This document shows positions 1 through 8,567 of a stretch of 16,152 bases of DNA, piece after piece (the stretch's first letter is position 1; each line of letters begins with the position of its first letter). This DNA is from an uncultured Gemmatimonadota bacterium. Lineage in GTDB: Bacteria > SM23-81. Position numbers and translations under genes: made by a program. The stretch lies in assembly GCA_964584035.1 (NCBI GenBank), contig CAZOYL010000056.1:1-16152 (forward strand). Reading direction: 5' to 3'. A model generated the notes under the pieces. The model was not told the DNA's origin. It searched no databases and saw only the letters and a program-made list of their open reading frames with translations.

Positions 1-1014
1 AGCGGTGCGCTTCTGGCCATCATCACGCTGGGCGGTCTGGGACTGCTCTTCGCCGCGGGCCTGGCCTGGGCCTCAAAGAAGTTCGCCGTCCAGGAGGATC
101 CCCGCCTGCCCAGGATCATGAACGTTCTGGCAGGGGCCAACTGCGGGGCCTGCGGATACCCCGGCTGCCGGTCTTTTGCCGAAGCGGTCATTAAAGGTCA
201 GGCTGCCATCAGCGGCTGCACCCCCGGGGGAACGGAATCGACCAGCCGGATCGCTCTGATCATGGGCCTGGAAACCGACGGAGAGGAGTATGTTCCCCGG
301 GTGGCCACCATCCGATGCCGGGGCGGGCACCAGGAGGCCCGGCAGCTGTTCGCCTACCAGGGTCTGGCCGACTGCGCGGCGGCTCAGCTGGCCGGCGGCG
401 GCGCCAAAGCCTGCCGTTATGGATGTCTGGGGCTGGGAACATGCGTCCGGGCGTGTCCCTTTGACGCCCTTTCCATGGGCGGCAACGGGCTTCCGGAGGT
501 GGACGAAGAACGCTGTACCGCCTGCGGCCTGTGTGTGTCGGCCTGTCCAAGGAACATCATCGAGTTGATCCCGCGCAGTGCCCAGGTGTATCTGGCCTGC
601 GTTTCTCAGGATAAGGGCAAGGCCGTGAAATCGGTCTGCACGGTCGGCTGTATCGGCTGCGGCCTGTGTGCCAAACCCAAGGTGACTCCCTCCGGAGCCA
701 TCACCATGAAGGAAAACCTGCCGCAGGTCGATTACACCAAGGGCGGGATGGATCTGCTGGTGGCGGCGGCCAAATGTCCCACCAGCAGCTATGTTGATAA
801 AGTGCCGCATCGACCGAAAGTGACCATCGACTCAAAATGTGACGGATGCGGAATCTGCAAAGAGGTCTGTCCGGTCGGCGCCATCGATGGTGAAAAAGGG
901 CAGCGGCATAAAGTCATCATGGACAAGTGTATCGGCTGCGGCCTGTGTGTTTCTAAATGTCCTCTGGCGGCCATCTCCATCGTCGGCGCTCTGGGATATG
1001 TGGAGGAATCTTGA
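1..1014 (+). CDS. rnfB: Rnf electron transport complex subunit B, polyferredoxin type (5' partial)
   Basis: Frame is open from base 1: SGALLAIITLGGLGLLFAAGLAWASKKFAVQEDPR (TM anchor plus KKFAVxEDPR), then LAGANCGACGYPGC, GCTPGG, CRYGCLGLGTCVRACP and several CxxCxxCxxxCP motifs. The true start lies just upstream of the window; ATG 118 is internal. Confidence 0.93.
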   Translation, partial: SGALLAIITLGGLGLLFAAGLAWASKKFAVQEDPRLPRIMNVLAGANCGACGYPGCRSFAEAVIKGQAAISGCTPGGTESTSRIALIMGLETDGEEYVPRVATIRCRGGHQEARQLFAYQGLADCAAAQLAGGGAKACRYGCLGLGTCVRACPFDALSMGGNGLPEVDEERCTACGLCVSACPRNIIELIPRSAQVYLACVSQDKGKAVKSVCTVGCIGCGLCAKPKVTPSGAITMKENLPQVDYTKGGMDLLVAAAKCPTSSYVDKVPHRPKVTIDSKCDGCGICKEVCPVGAIDGEKGQRHKVIMDKCIGCGLCVSKCPLAAISIVGALGYVEES

Positions 1015-1766
1015 AGAAAAAACCCCGGGACGAGAGGCGGATGTCCTTTCTGGATCATCTCGAAGAGCTCCGCTGGAGAATTTTAAAGTCCCTGGCCGCC
1101 GTCATCCTGTTCTCTGTCGTCGCCTATTTTTTCTCGAAACACCTCCTCAATTTTATTACCCGGCCCGTTCCAGCGGAAGTCCAGCTGATCTTCACCACAC
1201 CCACCGGGGCTTTTCTGGTCAGCATCAAGGTGGCCATCATCTTCGGCGTCCTGATCAGTCTCCCGGTGATCTTTTATCAACTCTGGGCATTCGTCTCGCC
1301 GGGGCTGGTGGAAACCGAAATCAGGCTGGCGGTGATCGTGGTCGCTTCGGCAACCGTCTGTTTTCTCCTGGGGTTCGCCTTTGCCTACTTCATCATTCTG
1401 CCTTTCGGTCTCCGGTTCCTGTTCAGCTTCCAGACCTCCTATCTGATGCCCATGCCGGACATCAGCAGCTACATCGGTTTCGCCGGCCGCCTGTTCATCG
1501 CCTTCGGGATCGTCTTCGAGCTGCCGCTGCTTTCTTTCCTGCTCTCTAAAATGGGCCTGCTGACACCGGATTTTCTGAGAAAGTGGCGGCGATACGCCAT
1601 CGCCCTGATCTTCATCCTGGCCGCCATCCTGACGCCTCCGGATGTGATCACGCAGCTCCTGCTGGCCGCCCCGCTGATTCTGCTCTATGAACTCAGTGTG
1701 TGGATATCGGCAGCGGTGATAAGGAAAAAGAAAACCGCAGATGCCGCAGAGGGAGAAGGGGCCTGA
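1011..1766 (+). CDS. tatC: Twin-arginine translocase subunit TatC
   Basis: MSFLDHLEELRWRI, YQLWAFVSPGL, FGIVFELP and AAILTPPDVITQ motifs with about 6 hydrophobic segments. Probable TTG start at 1011 overlaps the rnfB TGA (TTGA) and follows GGAGG at 1002-1006; ATG 1041 is an alternative start. Confidence 0.95.
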   Translation: MKKKPRDERRMSFLDHLEELRWRILKSLAAVILFSVVAYFFSKHLLNFITRPVPAEVQLIFTTPTGAFLVSIKVAIIFGVLISLPVIFYQLWAFVSPGLVETEIRLAVIVVASATVCFLLGFAFAYFIILPFGLRFLFSFQTSYLMPMPDISSYIGFAGRLFIAFGIVFELPLLSFLLSKMGLLTPDFLRKWRRYAIALIFILAAILTPPDVITQLLLAAPLILLYELSVWISAAVIRKKKTADAAEGEGA

Positions 1767-1786
1767 TCATCCGGTCCTTCCGGGGC

Positions 1787-1812
1787 CTCCGCTGCCGGAG
1801 CACTTTTCTGTT
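1787..1812 (+). terminator. Possible weak intrinsic terminator after tatC
   Basis: CTCCG-CTGC-CGGAG hairpin (1787-1800) followed by CACTTTTCTGTT; the stem is short. Confidence 0.25.
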
Positions 1813-1840
1813 GCCTCGAGGCGATCCGTTTTTCTATTTT
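1811..1840 (+). promoter_or_regulatory. Possible sigma70-type promoter for apbE-TPR
   Basis: TTGCCT (1811-1816), 18-nt spacer, TATTTT (1835-1840) in the AT-rich part of the tatC-apbE gap. Confidence 0.3.
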
Positions 1841-1886
1841 AAAAGAATACGGACCATGCCTCAGCACGATCCAGAGGTGTCGTTCA

Positions 1887-2960
1887 TTGGAAAAGAAACT
1901 GGGCAAGGTCATCACCACGCTCCTGGCCATCCTGTTGGTCATTCTGGCCATCGTGCGGCTGGGGGATATGCGAGAAAAAGCCCCGGAATCTCGCCACCAG
2001 AGCCGCATCATGATGGATACGGTGGTATCCATCCGGGTCTACCGCGGTGATGCTGGAAGAATCGACCGGGCCATCGAGGCGGCCTTTGCGGAAATAGCCC
2101 GTCTCGATGATCTGCTCAGCGCCTGGAAACCCGACAGCGATATCGCCAGGATCAATCATCTGGCCGGGAAAAACCTCGCGGACGTCGATGACGGCACCTG
2201 GGAGGCGGTCAATCAGATCCAGGAGCTGGCCGCATTGTCCCGAGGCGCCTTTGACATCACCATCGGAGCCGTCACCCGGCTGTGGGATTTTTCCTCGCCG
2301 GAGATGTCTCCACCGGATCCGGCAGCCATCATCAAGGCGCTGCCCCTGGTGAGTCCCCGGCAGGTCATATTGGACAGCCTGAATCGGAAGATCGGACTGC
2401 GCCAGCAGGGAGCCTGGCTCGACCTGGGGGGCGCCGCCAAGGGATATATCGTGGACCGGGCCATCGAGGTCCTCCGGGGGAGCGGTGTGGAGGTCGCCGT
2501 GATCGATGCCGGCGGAGATATCGGGCTGCTGGGTCAGAAAACGGGCCGCGAGCCTTGGAAGATCGGCATCAGACACCCCACCAACCCCGGCTCCGCCATC
2601 GAGATCATCGAGGTGGATTCAGGAGCGGTGGCCACCTCAGGCAACTATGAAAGATTTTTCATCCACGATCAGATCCGATATCATCACATCCTGAATCCCA
2701 AAACGGGCATGCCGGCACCGCTGGTGGTCAGCGTGACCATCCTGGCTCAAACGGCCCTGGAGGCCGATCTGTTGTCCACAGCCGTTTTCGTTCTGGGACC
2801 ACAGGAGGGGATCAACCTGATCGAGCAACTTGCCGGCACCGAGGGAGTCATTTACCTGGAGGGAGCGCAAGAACTGCGCCGGGTGGCTTCTTCGAATTTT
2901 CCACCGTCCACGGGGGAATTCACTCTATCGGGGACATCTTTACCACCAAGGAGGCGATAA
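1887..2960 (+). CDS. apbE: FAD:protein FMN transferase (ApbE family), N-terminal membrane anchor
   Basis: MMDTVVSI, SDIARIN, GAFDITIG, LDLGGAAKGY, DAGGDI, WKIGIRHP, VATSGNYERF, YHHILNPKTG and ADLLSTAVF motifs. TTG start with GAGGT SD. Located near rnf. Confidence 0.95.
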   Translation: MEKKLGKVITTLLAILLVILAIVRLGDMREKAPESRHQSRIMMDTVVSIRVYRGDAGRIDRAIEAAFAEIARLDDLLSAWKPDSDIARINHLAGKNLADVDDGTWEAVNQIQELAALSRGAFDITIGAVTRLWDFSSPEMSPPDPAAIIKALPLVSPRQVILDSLNRKIGLRQQGAWLDLGGAAKGYIVDRAIEVLRGSGVEVAVIDAGGDIGLLGQKTGREPWKIGIRHPTNPGSAIEIIEVDSGAVATSGNYERFFIHDQIRYHHILNPKTGMPAPLVVSVTILAQTALEADLLSTAVFVLGPQEGINLIEQLAGTEGVIYLEGAQELRRVASSNFPPSTGEFTLSGTSLPPRRR

Positions 2961-4186
2961 TGAGTTTCAGCAAATCCGCGCGATGGATAGGCTGGCTGCT
3001 GACAGCCGTCGGTTTGGCGCTCTTGCTGGCCTGCGCTGCCTCGCAGCAGGGACAGCAGGGATCGTCGGAGCTGGATCAGGCGGCCCTGCTCGAGCAGGCC
3101 CGGGCCGATTCCATTAAAGCGGCCCGGGAACTGGAGGTCCGCAAGATCAAGAGCACCGGGTCAGAATATCATAAGAACCGGCAGTACGCCGACGCCATCC
3201 CGCATCTGGAGAAAGTGCTGGAACTGGACCCCAAAAACGAAGGCGCTTATTTCATGCTGGCCGATTGTTACTTCCAGATGGACGATCTGGACCAGGCGAT
3301 CGCCGTCTACCAGCGGGCCGTTTCTTTCGATCCGGACAACGGGAATTTTCACCAGTATCTGGGTTACATGCTGGACCGCAAAGGGCGCAGCCAGGAGGCC
3401 ATGGCCGCCTATCAGAGAGCTGTCGAGTTGATGCCCGAAAGCCTGGAGGCCCACCTGGCGCTGGCCAATCTCTATCTCAACCAGGAAATGGAAATACCGG
3501 CTATCGAGCATTATGCCAAGGTCGTGGAGCTCGACGAGACCCGGTCGGAGGTCCTCATCGTGCTGACCAAACTCTACGCCAAGAACGGCATGAAGGAGGA
3601 CCTGGCCAAAACCTATGAACAGCTGTTGAAGCTGCAGCCTGAGGATCCCATCTATATGCTGGAGCTGGGGAAAGTCTATACCGAACTGGGGCGCAACGAG
3701 GATGCCATCCTGCTGCTGCAGGACCTGCTGGCGACGCAGGAGGATAATGTCATGGCCTGTCTGTATCTGGGCACGGCGCTCAATAATGAGGCTCAATGTG
3801 TCAAGGCCATCGATATCTTCAACCGGGCTCTGGTCCTGGAACCCCAGAATCTCCGCGCCCTCAGCGACCTGGCCTACTCATACAGCGAGAACAGCCAGCA
3901 GGCCAAGGCCAGAGAGATCCTTGGCCGGGTGGCCAAACTAGATCCCAACTATGCCTACCGGCACGTGGTTCAAGGGGAAATCTACGAGAACGAGGCAGAA
4001 CCCTACGTCAAGGCGGATGGAGCGGTCAAATACGAAGGAAAAGTGAAGTTCGAAAAAGCGGTGGAGGAATATAAAAAGGCCCTCAAAGATCCTGAGTGGG
4101 GACAATATGCCAAGCGAAAGATCGAATACCTGACGCCGTTCTTGCCGACCGACGAGGATCGGTTCTTTCACGGCCAGGATGGCTAA
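2960..4186 (+). CDS. Tetratricopeptide-repeat lipoprotein
   Basis: Signal peptide with lipobox LLLA-C25. Many ~34-aa TPR units (AIPHLEKVLELDPKN, AIAVYQRAVSFDPDN, AMAAYQRAVELMPES, AIDIFNRALVLEPQN). SD AGGAGG; start overlaps the apbE stop (TAATG). Confidence 0.88.
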   Translation: MSFSKSARWIGWLLTAVGLALLLACAASQQGQQGSSELDQAALLEQARADSIKAARELEVRKIKSTGSEYHKNRQYADAIPHLEKVLELDPKNEGAYFMLADCYFQMDDLDQAIAVYQRAVSFDPDNGNFHQYLGYMLDRKGRSQEAMAAYQRAVELMPESLEAHLALANLYLNQEMEIPAIEHYAKVVELDETRSEVLIVLTKLYAKNGMKEDLAKTYEQLLKLQPEDPIYMLELGKVYTELGRNEDAILLLQDLLATQEDNVMACLYLGTALNNEAQCVKAIDIFNRALVLEPQNLRALSDLAYSYSENSQQAKAREILGRVAKLDPNYAYRHVVQGEIYENEAEPYVKADGAVKYEGKVKFEKAVEEYKKALKDPEWGQYAKRKIEYLTPFLPTDEDRFFHGQDG

Positions 4187-4200
4187 GATCCGCCCGGAGG

Positions 4201-4650
4201 CTATTCCAGAAGTTTTCTCAATTCTTCCATAAACTCCTTCTTATCTTTAAATTTCCGATAGACGGAGGCGAACCGGACGTAAGCGACCTCATCCAGCTGG
4301 TGGAGCTTTTCCATCACCAGTTCGCCGATCTCCTTGCTTTTCACCTCGCTTTTGGAGAGATTATAAAGCTCGTTTTCAATCTCATCCACCATGTAGTCGA
4401 TCCGTTTGGTGCTGACGGGACGTTTCTTACAGGCGGTGACGATGCCCTGCAACAGCTTTTGCCGGTCGTAGGGCTCTCTCCGCCCGTCGCTTTTCACCAC
4501 GGTAAGGGCCACCTTTTCGATATATTCGTAGGTGGTATACCGCTGACCGCATTTCAGGCATTCCCTCCGCCGCCGGATTGCTTTTCCCTCCTTGCTGGAC
4601 CGGGAATCCACCACCTTATCCTCTTCATAAGCGCAGAAGGGACATTTCAT
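4201..4650 (-). CDS. nrdR: Transcriptional repressor NrdR
   Basis: MKCPFC...VVDSR...[18 protein letters not shown] zinc ribbon, ATP-cone ([15 protein letters not shown]), [14 protein letters not shown]; 149 aa. Confidence 0.98.
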   Translation of the reverse strand: MKCPFCAYEEDKVVDSRSSKEGKAIRRRRECLKCGQRYTTYEYIEKVALTVVKSDGRREPYDRQKLLQGIVTACKKRPVSTKRIDYMVDEIENELYNLSKSEVKSKEIGELVMEKLHQLDEVAYVRFASVYRKFKDKKEFMEELRKLLE

Positions 4651-5192
4651 CGGCGCCTCCCCCTTTGGGTCTCCGTTCGGATATCCGACCGGGTATCATT
4701 CCGCTCATTCTTTTTGCCGAGCTCCGGACCGGCCGGCAACGGCCCGTCCTGGGTCATATGACAGACCTCGATTCCCGCTTCCCGGATGATGGCTTCGGCC
4801 AAATCATCCGGATAGCCCTCCAGATAGACCACGCGCTTCACGCCGGCATTGATCAGCATCTTGGTGCACAGCACACAGGGGAAATGCGTCGAATAGAGCG
4901 TGGCGCCTTTGATGCTGACGCCGAAGCTGGCCGCCTGGATGATGGCATTCTGCTCTCCGTGCGTACCCCGGCATAATTCGTGCCGCTCGCCCGGCGGCAC
5001 GCCCAGCCGATCCCTCAGACATCCTACCTCTTCACAGTGAACCAGCCCGGCGGGCGCTCCATTGTATCCGGTGGTCAGGATCTTCTTGTTCTTGACCAGT
5101 ATGGCGCCCACCTTTCGCCGCAGACAGGTGGCTCTCTGGGCCACCCGCACGGTGATATCCATGAAATATTCATCCCAAGATGGCCGCGGCAT
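4647..5192 (-). CDS. dCMP deaminase (ComEB-like cytidine/deoxycytidylate deaminase family)
   Basis: [44 protein letters not shown] and [14 protein letters not shown] (Zn ligands HxE...PCxxC). ATGA overlap with nrdR. Confidence 0.93.
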   Translation of the reverse strand: MPRPSWDEYFMDITVRVAQRATCLRRKVGAILVKNKKILTTGYNGAPAGLVHCEEVGCLRDRLGVPPGERHELCRGTHGEQNAIIQAASFGVSIKGATLYSTHFPCVLCTKMLINAGVKRVVYLEGYPDDLAEAIIREAGIEVCHMTQDGPLPAGPELGKKNERNDTRSDIRTETQRGRRR

Positions 5193-5222
5193 CGATATCC
5201 TTTCCTGTCTGCAGCCGTCGTT

Positions 5223-5834
5223 TCAGATCAGCAGCTCCAGACATTGCTGAGACCAGGTCTCCAGCGCATCCCGCCGTTTGGACAGCTCCTCCACCGGCAG
5301 AAATCCCGCCCGGGTGATCTGGCGCTCGCGGCGGCGCACGGCCGGACGGTCCAGATCCCAGAGATGAACGATGCCGAAATGCACCCGGCCGACCGAATTG
5401 GAATCGTCGTTGAGCAGTCCGACGATGTGCTCCCGATGATTCGCCTCCACCCGAATTTCCTCGGCCACCTCCCGGGCGGCCGCCTCCAGATAGAGCTGGC
5501 GCTGCGATGAGAACAGGTTCATATCCCGGGGCTCAATATGCCCGCCGATCCCGATAGAGCCTTTGGCCCGCAGCCGGTCCTCACCCGATTCCCGGCCCCG
5601 GACGTAGTGGAAGACACAGCCGGCATGCCTCAGGATGACATAGGGGATCAGTTGTTTATAGGCAGGATCACGTTCGGCCTGGCGCCGGGCGATGAACCGG
5701 CTGTTCCCGTTGCCGAGAATGGCATCGAGATAGCTTTCGGTCTGCCGGAAAAGCCCCTGAAAGCGCCCCAGCTCGTCCAGCAGACGGCTTTCGAAGACCA
5801 GAACCAGCTCTTCCCTGGAACCGGATCCGGGCAT
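5223..5834 (-). CDS. YmaB-like predicted NUDIX-family phosphoesterase (COG4112-like)
   Basis: AERDPAYKQLIPYV, GEDRL, SIGIGGHI, AREVAEEI (partial Nudix box), GLLNDDSNSVGRVHFG and LETWSQ, as recalled for B. subtilis YmaB. Start placed at ATG 5834 (GGAG 9 nt upstream; 5843 is an alternative) rather than 5885, which overlaps glyA. Confidence 0.82.
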   Translation of the reverse strand: MPGSGSREELVLVFESRLLDELGRFQGLFRQTESYLDAILGNGNSRFIARRQAERDPAYKQLIPYVILRHAGCVFHYVRGRESGEDRLRAKGSIGIGGHIEPRDMNLFSSQRQLYLEAAAREVAEEIRVEANHREHIVGLLNDDSNSVGRVHFGIVHLWDLDRPAVRRRERQITRAGFLPVEELSKRRDALETWSQQCLELLI

Positions 5835-5851
5835 GAGGAACATCTCCCCGT

Positions 5852-7108
5852 TTAGAGTTCGGGATACAGCGGGAACGCCTGGCACAGTTCCCTGACGTCT
5901 TTTTTGACCTTCTCGGCGACCGTTTCGTCGCCGGCGTGATCGATCACCTCGGCGATGAACCGGCCGACCTGTTTCATCTGATCCTCTTTCATGCCCCTGG
6001 TGGTCAGCGCCGGCGTGCCCAGGCGGATTCCGCTGGGGTTGAAAGGCGTCCGGGGATCGAACGGGATCATGTTCTTATTGCAGGTGATATTGGCCCGGTC
6101 CAGGGCTTCCTCGGCCTCTTTGCCGGTGATCTCTCTATTGGTCAAATCCACCAGGATGAGATGGTTATCGGTGCCTCCCGAGACCAGCTTGAGGTCATGG
6201 GCCAGCAGCTCCTGGGCCAGGGCTCTGGCATTCTTGACGATCTGGGCGGCGTATTCCTTGAACTCCGGCTTGGCCGCCTCATGAAAGGCCACCGCTTTGG
6301 CGGCATTGACATGATCGTGGGGGCCGCCCTGCAGGGCCGGGAATACGGCCCGGTCGATATCCTTGGCAAATTGCTCCTTGCACATGATGATCGCTCCCCG
6401 CGGGCCGCGCAGGGTCTTGTGGGTGGTGGTGGTGACCACATCGGTGAAGGGAAAGGGGCTCTGGTGGACGCCGCCCACGATCAGACCGGCGATGTGGGCG
6501 ATATCGGCCATGCTGATGGCGCCGACCTCCTGAGCGATCTCATGAAAGGCCTGAAAATCGATCTCCCGGGGATAGGCAGTAGCTCCGGAGACGATGATCT
6601 GGGGCTTTTCCCGGCGAGCCAGCTCCCTCACCTGGTCATAATCGATCAGATGCGTCTCGGGGTGCACTCCGTATTGGACGGCTCGATAAGCTTTTCCCGA
6701 AAAACTGACCTTGTGACCATGAGTAAGATGCCCGCCGTGAGCCAGGCTCATGCCCAGGATGGTATCTCCAAAATTCAGCAGCCCCACATAGACGGCCACG
6801 TTGGCCGGACTTCCCGAATAGGGTTGAACGTTGACATGCTCGGCGCCGAAGAGATCTTTGGCCCGTTCGATGGCCAGGTCTTCGGCCTGATCGATGAACT
6901 GATTGCCGCCGTAATAGCGCTTGTGAGGGTATCCCTCGCTGTACTTATTGGTCATCACGCTGCCCATGGCGGCCATCACCGCCGTGCTGGTGAAGTTTTC
7001 CGAGGGAATCAGCTCCAGACCGTATTTCTGGCGTTCGATCTCCTGGCTCATGATCTCGGCCATACGGGGATCCATCGACTGCAAGACCTTGAGACCGGTG
7101 GTGTTCAT
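5852..7108 (-). CDS. glyA: Serine hydroxymethyltransferase
   Basis: [51 protein letters not shown] (PLP lysine) and SGIRLGTPA motifs; SD AGGAGG. Confidence 0.98.
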   Translation of the reverse strand: MNTTGLKVLQSMDPRMAEIMSQEIERQKYGLELIPSENFTSTAVMAAMGSVMTNKYSEGYPHKRYYGGNQFIDQAEDLAIERAKDLFGAEHVNVQPYSGSPANVAVYVGLLNFGDTILGMSLAHGGHLTHGHKVSFSGKAYRAVQYGVHPETHLIDYDQVRELARREKPQIIVSGATAYPREIDFQAFHEIAQEVGAISMADIAHIAGLIVGGVHQSPFPFTDVVTTTTHKTLRGPRGAIIMCKEQFAKDIDRAVFPALQGGPHDHVNAAKAVAFHEAAKPEFKEYAAQIVKNARALAQELLAHDLKLVSGGTDNHLILVDLTNREITGKEAEEALDRANITCNKNMIPFDPRTPFNPSGIRLGTPALTTRGMKEDQMKQVGRFIAEVIDHAGDETVAEKVKKDVRELCQAFPLYPEL

Positions 7109-7129
7109 TGTTACCCTCCTGCTGCTCGG

Positions 7130-7618
7130 TTATTCTTCGATGCGTTCTTCCTGGCCCGGTTCTTTTATGCTCGGCTCTGCCTCGCCGATCACCTGGTCCA
7201 ATTTCTGTATCCGCCGCAAATGCCGGCCACCCTCGAACCCGGTGGTCAGCCAGACATCCATGATCTGAGGGACTTCTTCCGGCGCAACCTTCCATCCCGA
7301 CAGGACCAGCACGTTGGAGTCGTTGTGCTGACGGGTCAGTCGAGCCGTCTCGGCGTCCAGGCACAGGGCGGCCCTGATCCCCTTAACGCGATTGGCCGCC
7401 ATAGTCATCCCCTGCCCGGTGCCGCAGACCAGAACGCCCCGCTGATGCCGGCCGGCCGCCACCCCCAGGGCCACCGGAAAGGCCAGGTCGGGATAATCGA
7501 CCGATGCCTCCGATGAGGTGCCGTAATCCGTGACCCGGTGCCCCTGCGATGCAAGGATTTCCTTGACGGCTTCTTTCAAACGGTATCCGGCATGATCGCT
7601 GCCCACGGCGATATTCAT
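7130..7618 (-). CDS. rpiB: Ribose-5-phosphate isomerase B
   Basis: IAVGSDHAG, SVDYPD, VCGTGQGM, ANRVKGIRAA, QHNDSNVL and FEGGRHLRR motifs. ATG 7618 fits the SD GAGGGGGTG; GTG 7624 is an alternative. Classic rpiB-glyA linkage. Confidence 0.95.
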   Translation of the reverse strand: MNIAVGSDHAGYRLKEAVKEILASQGHRVTDYGTSSEASVDYPDLAFPVALGVAAGRHQRGVLVCGTGQGMTMAANRVKGIRAALCLDAETARLTRQHNDSNVLVLSGWKVAPEEVPQIMDVWLTTGFEGGRHLRRIQKLDQVIGEAEPSIKEPGQEERIEE

Positions 7619-7628
7619 ACTCACCCCC

Positions 7629-8528
7629 TCATGAACACAGGGCCCCCAGGGCGATGGAATTCAGCTTGGCCCGGACGGTGTCGGAGCGGGACAGCAGGAC
7701 GATGGGCTGTTTGGCCCCCAGGATGACACCTCCCACCTGCGCGCCGGTGAGATAGACCAATCCCTTGACGCCGATGTTTCCGGAGGCGATATTGGGCACG
7801 ATGAGAATGTCCACCTCTCCGGCCACCTCGCTCGACACGCCCTTCATCTGAGCGGCCCTTCGGGATACGGCGATGTCCATGGCCAGAGGGCCCTCGATGA
7901 CGGCATCGGGCAGTTCCTTTCTCCGGCTCATGGCGACGATCTCGGCGGCGTCGAGCGTCTCCGGGATGTCGGGATGAACGGTCTCCAGGGAGGCCAGCAG
8001 GGCCACCTTGGGCCGATCGATGCCCAGCCGGTTGGCCAGGAAGATGGCGTTCTTGAGAATATCGATTTTCTGTTTCAGGTCCGGCTGGATAACCATGCCG
8101 CCGTCGGAGAAGATCAGCAGCTTGGGATAATCTTTCACCTTCACCACAGCCACATGGCTGAGCAGACGATTCCCTCGCAGCCCCCGTTTTTCCTCCAGAA
8201 CCAGACGAAGAATATCCGGCGTGCTGAGTTTTCCCTTCATCAACAGATCGGCCTCTCCCCGAGCCACCAGATCCACGGCCCGGGCGGCCGCCTCGATAGG
8301 GTCGGCCTCATCGATCTGCTCGTAGGCCGAGATATCCACGCCGATGCGGTCGGCAATGCGGGCCATCTCGGCGGTATCTCCCAGCAGGATCGGCTGGATC
8401 ATGCCCAGCTCGGCAGCCTGGTCCAGGGCTTTGAGGACCTCCTCGGCCTGGGCCGCAGCCACAGCCAGCCGCTTGGTGGATCCGCTGCGAACCGCATCGA
8501 TCAACTGCTCGAAAGTGGTGATGGGCAT
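7629..8528 (-). CDS. ptb: Phosphate butyryltransferase / branched-chain phosphotransacylase
   Basis: LAVAAA, LLMKGKLST, LLSHVAV, SDGGM, EGPLAMDIAVS, VPNIASGN and PIVLLSRSD motifs; 299 aa PTA/PTB family; SD AGGAG; near buk. Confidence 0.9.
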   Translation of the reverse strand: MPITTFEQLIDAVRSGSTKRLAVAAAQAEEVLKALDQAAELGMIQPILLGDTAEMARIADRIGVDISAYEQIDEADPIEAAARAVDLVARGEADLLMKGKLSTPDILRLVLEEKRGLRGNRLLSHVAVVKVKDYPKLLIFSDGGMVIQPDLKQKIDILKNAIFLANRLGIDRPKVALLASLETVHPDIPETLDAAEIVAMSRRKELPDAVIEGPLAMDIAVSRRAAQMKGVSSEVAGEVDILIVPNIASGNIGVKGLVYLTGAQVGGVILGAKQPIVLLSRSDTVRAKLNSIALGALCS

Positions 8529-8567
8529 CGCCGGCTCCTGCTCTTTCGCTCGTGACGGAGGCGGGCT

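Noticed and set aside
5936..7516. 526-aa + strand ORF opposite glyA and rpiB
   Set aside because: Antisense shadow of strongly conserved genes in a GC-rich genome, with no recognisable motifs. The same applies to 73-810, 1884-2576, 3161-3796, 4096-4761, 10629-11567, 12041-13141 and 14285-14908.
4201..7700. NrdR boxes or a glyA-associated riboswitch
   Set aside because: No ACACwATATmTwGTGT-like palindrome was seen, and the gaps around glyA are too short (about 20 bp) for a riboswitch.
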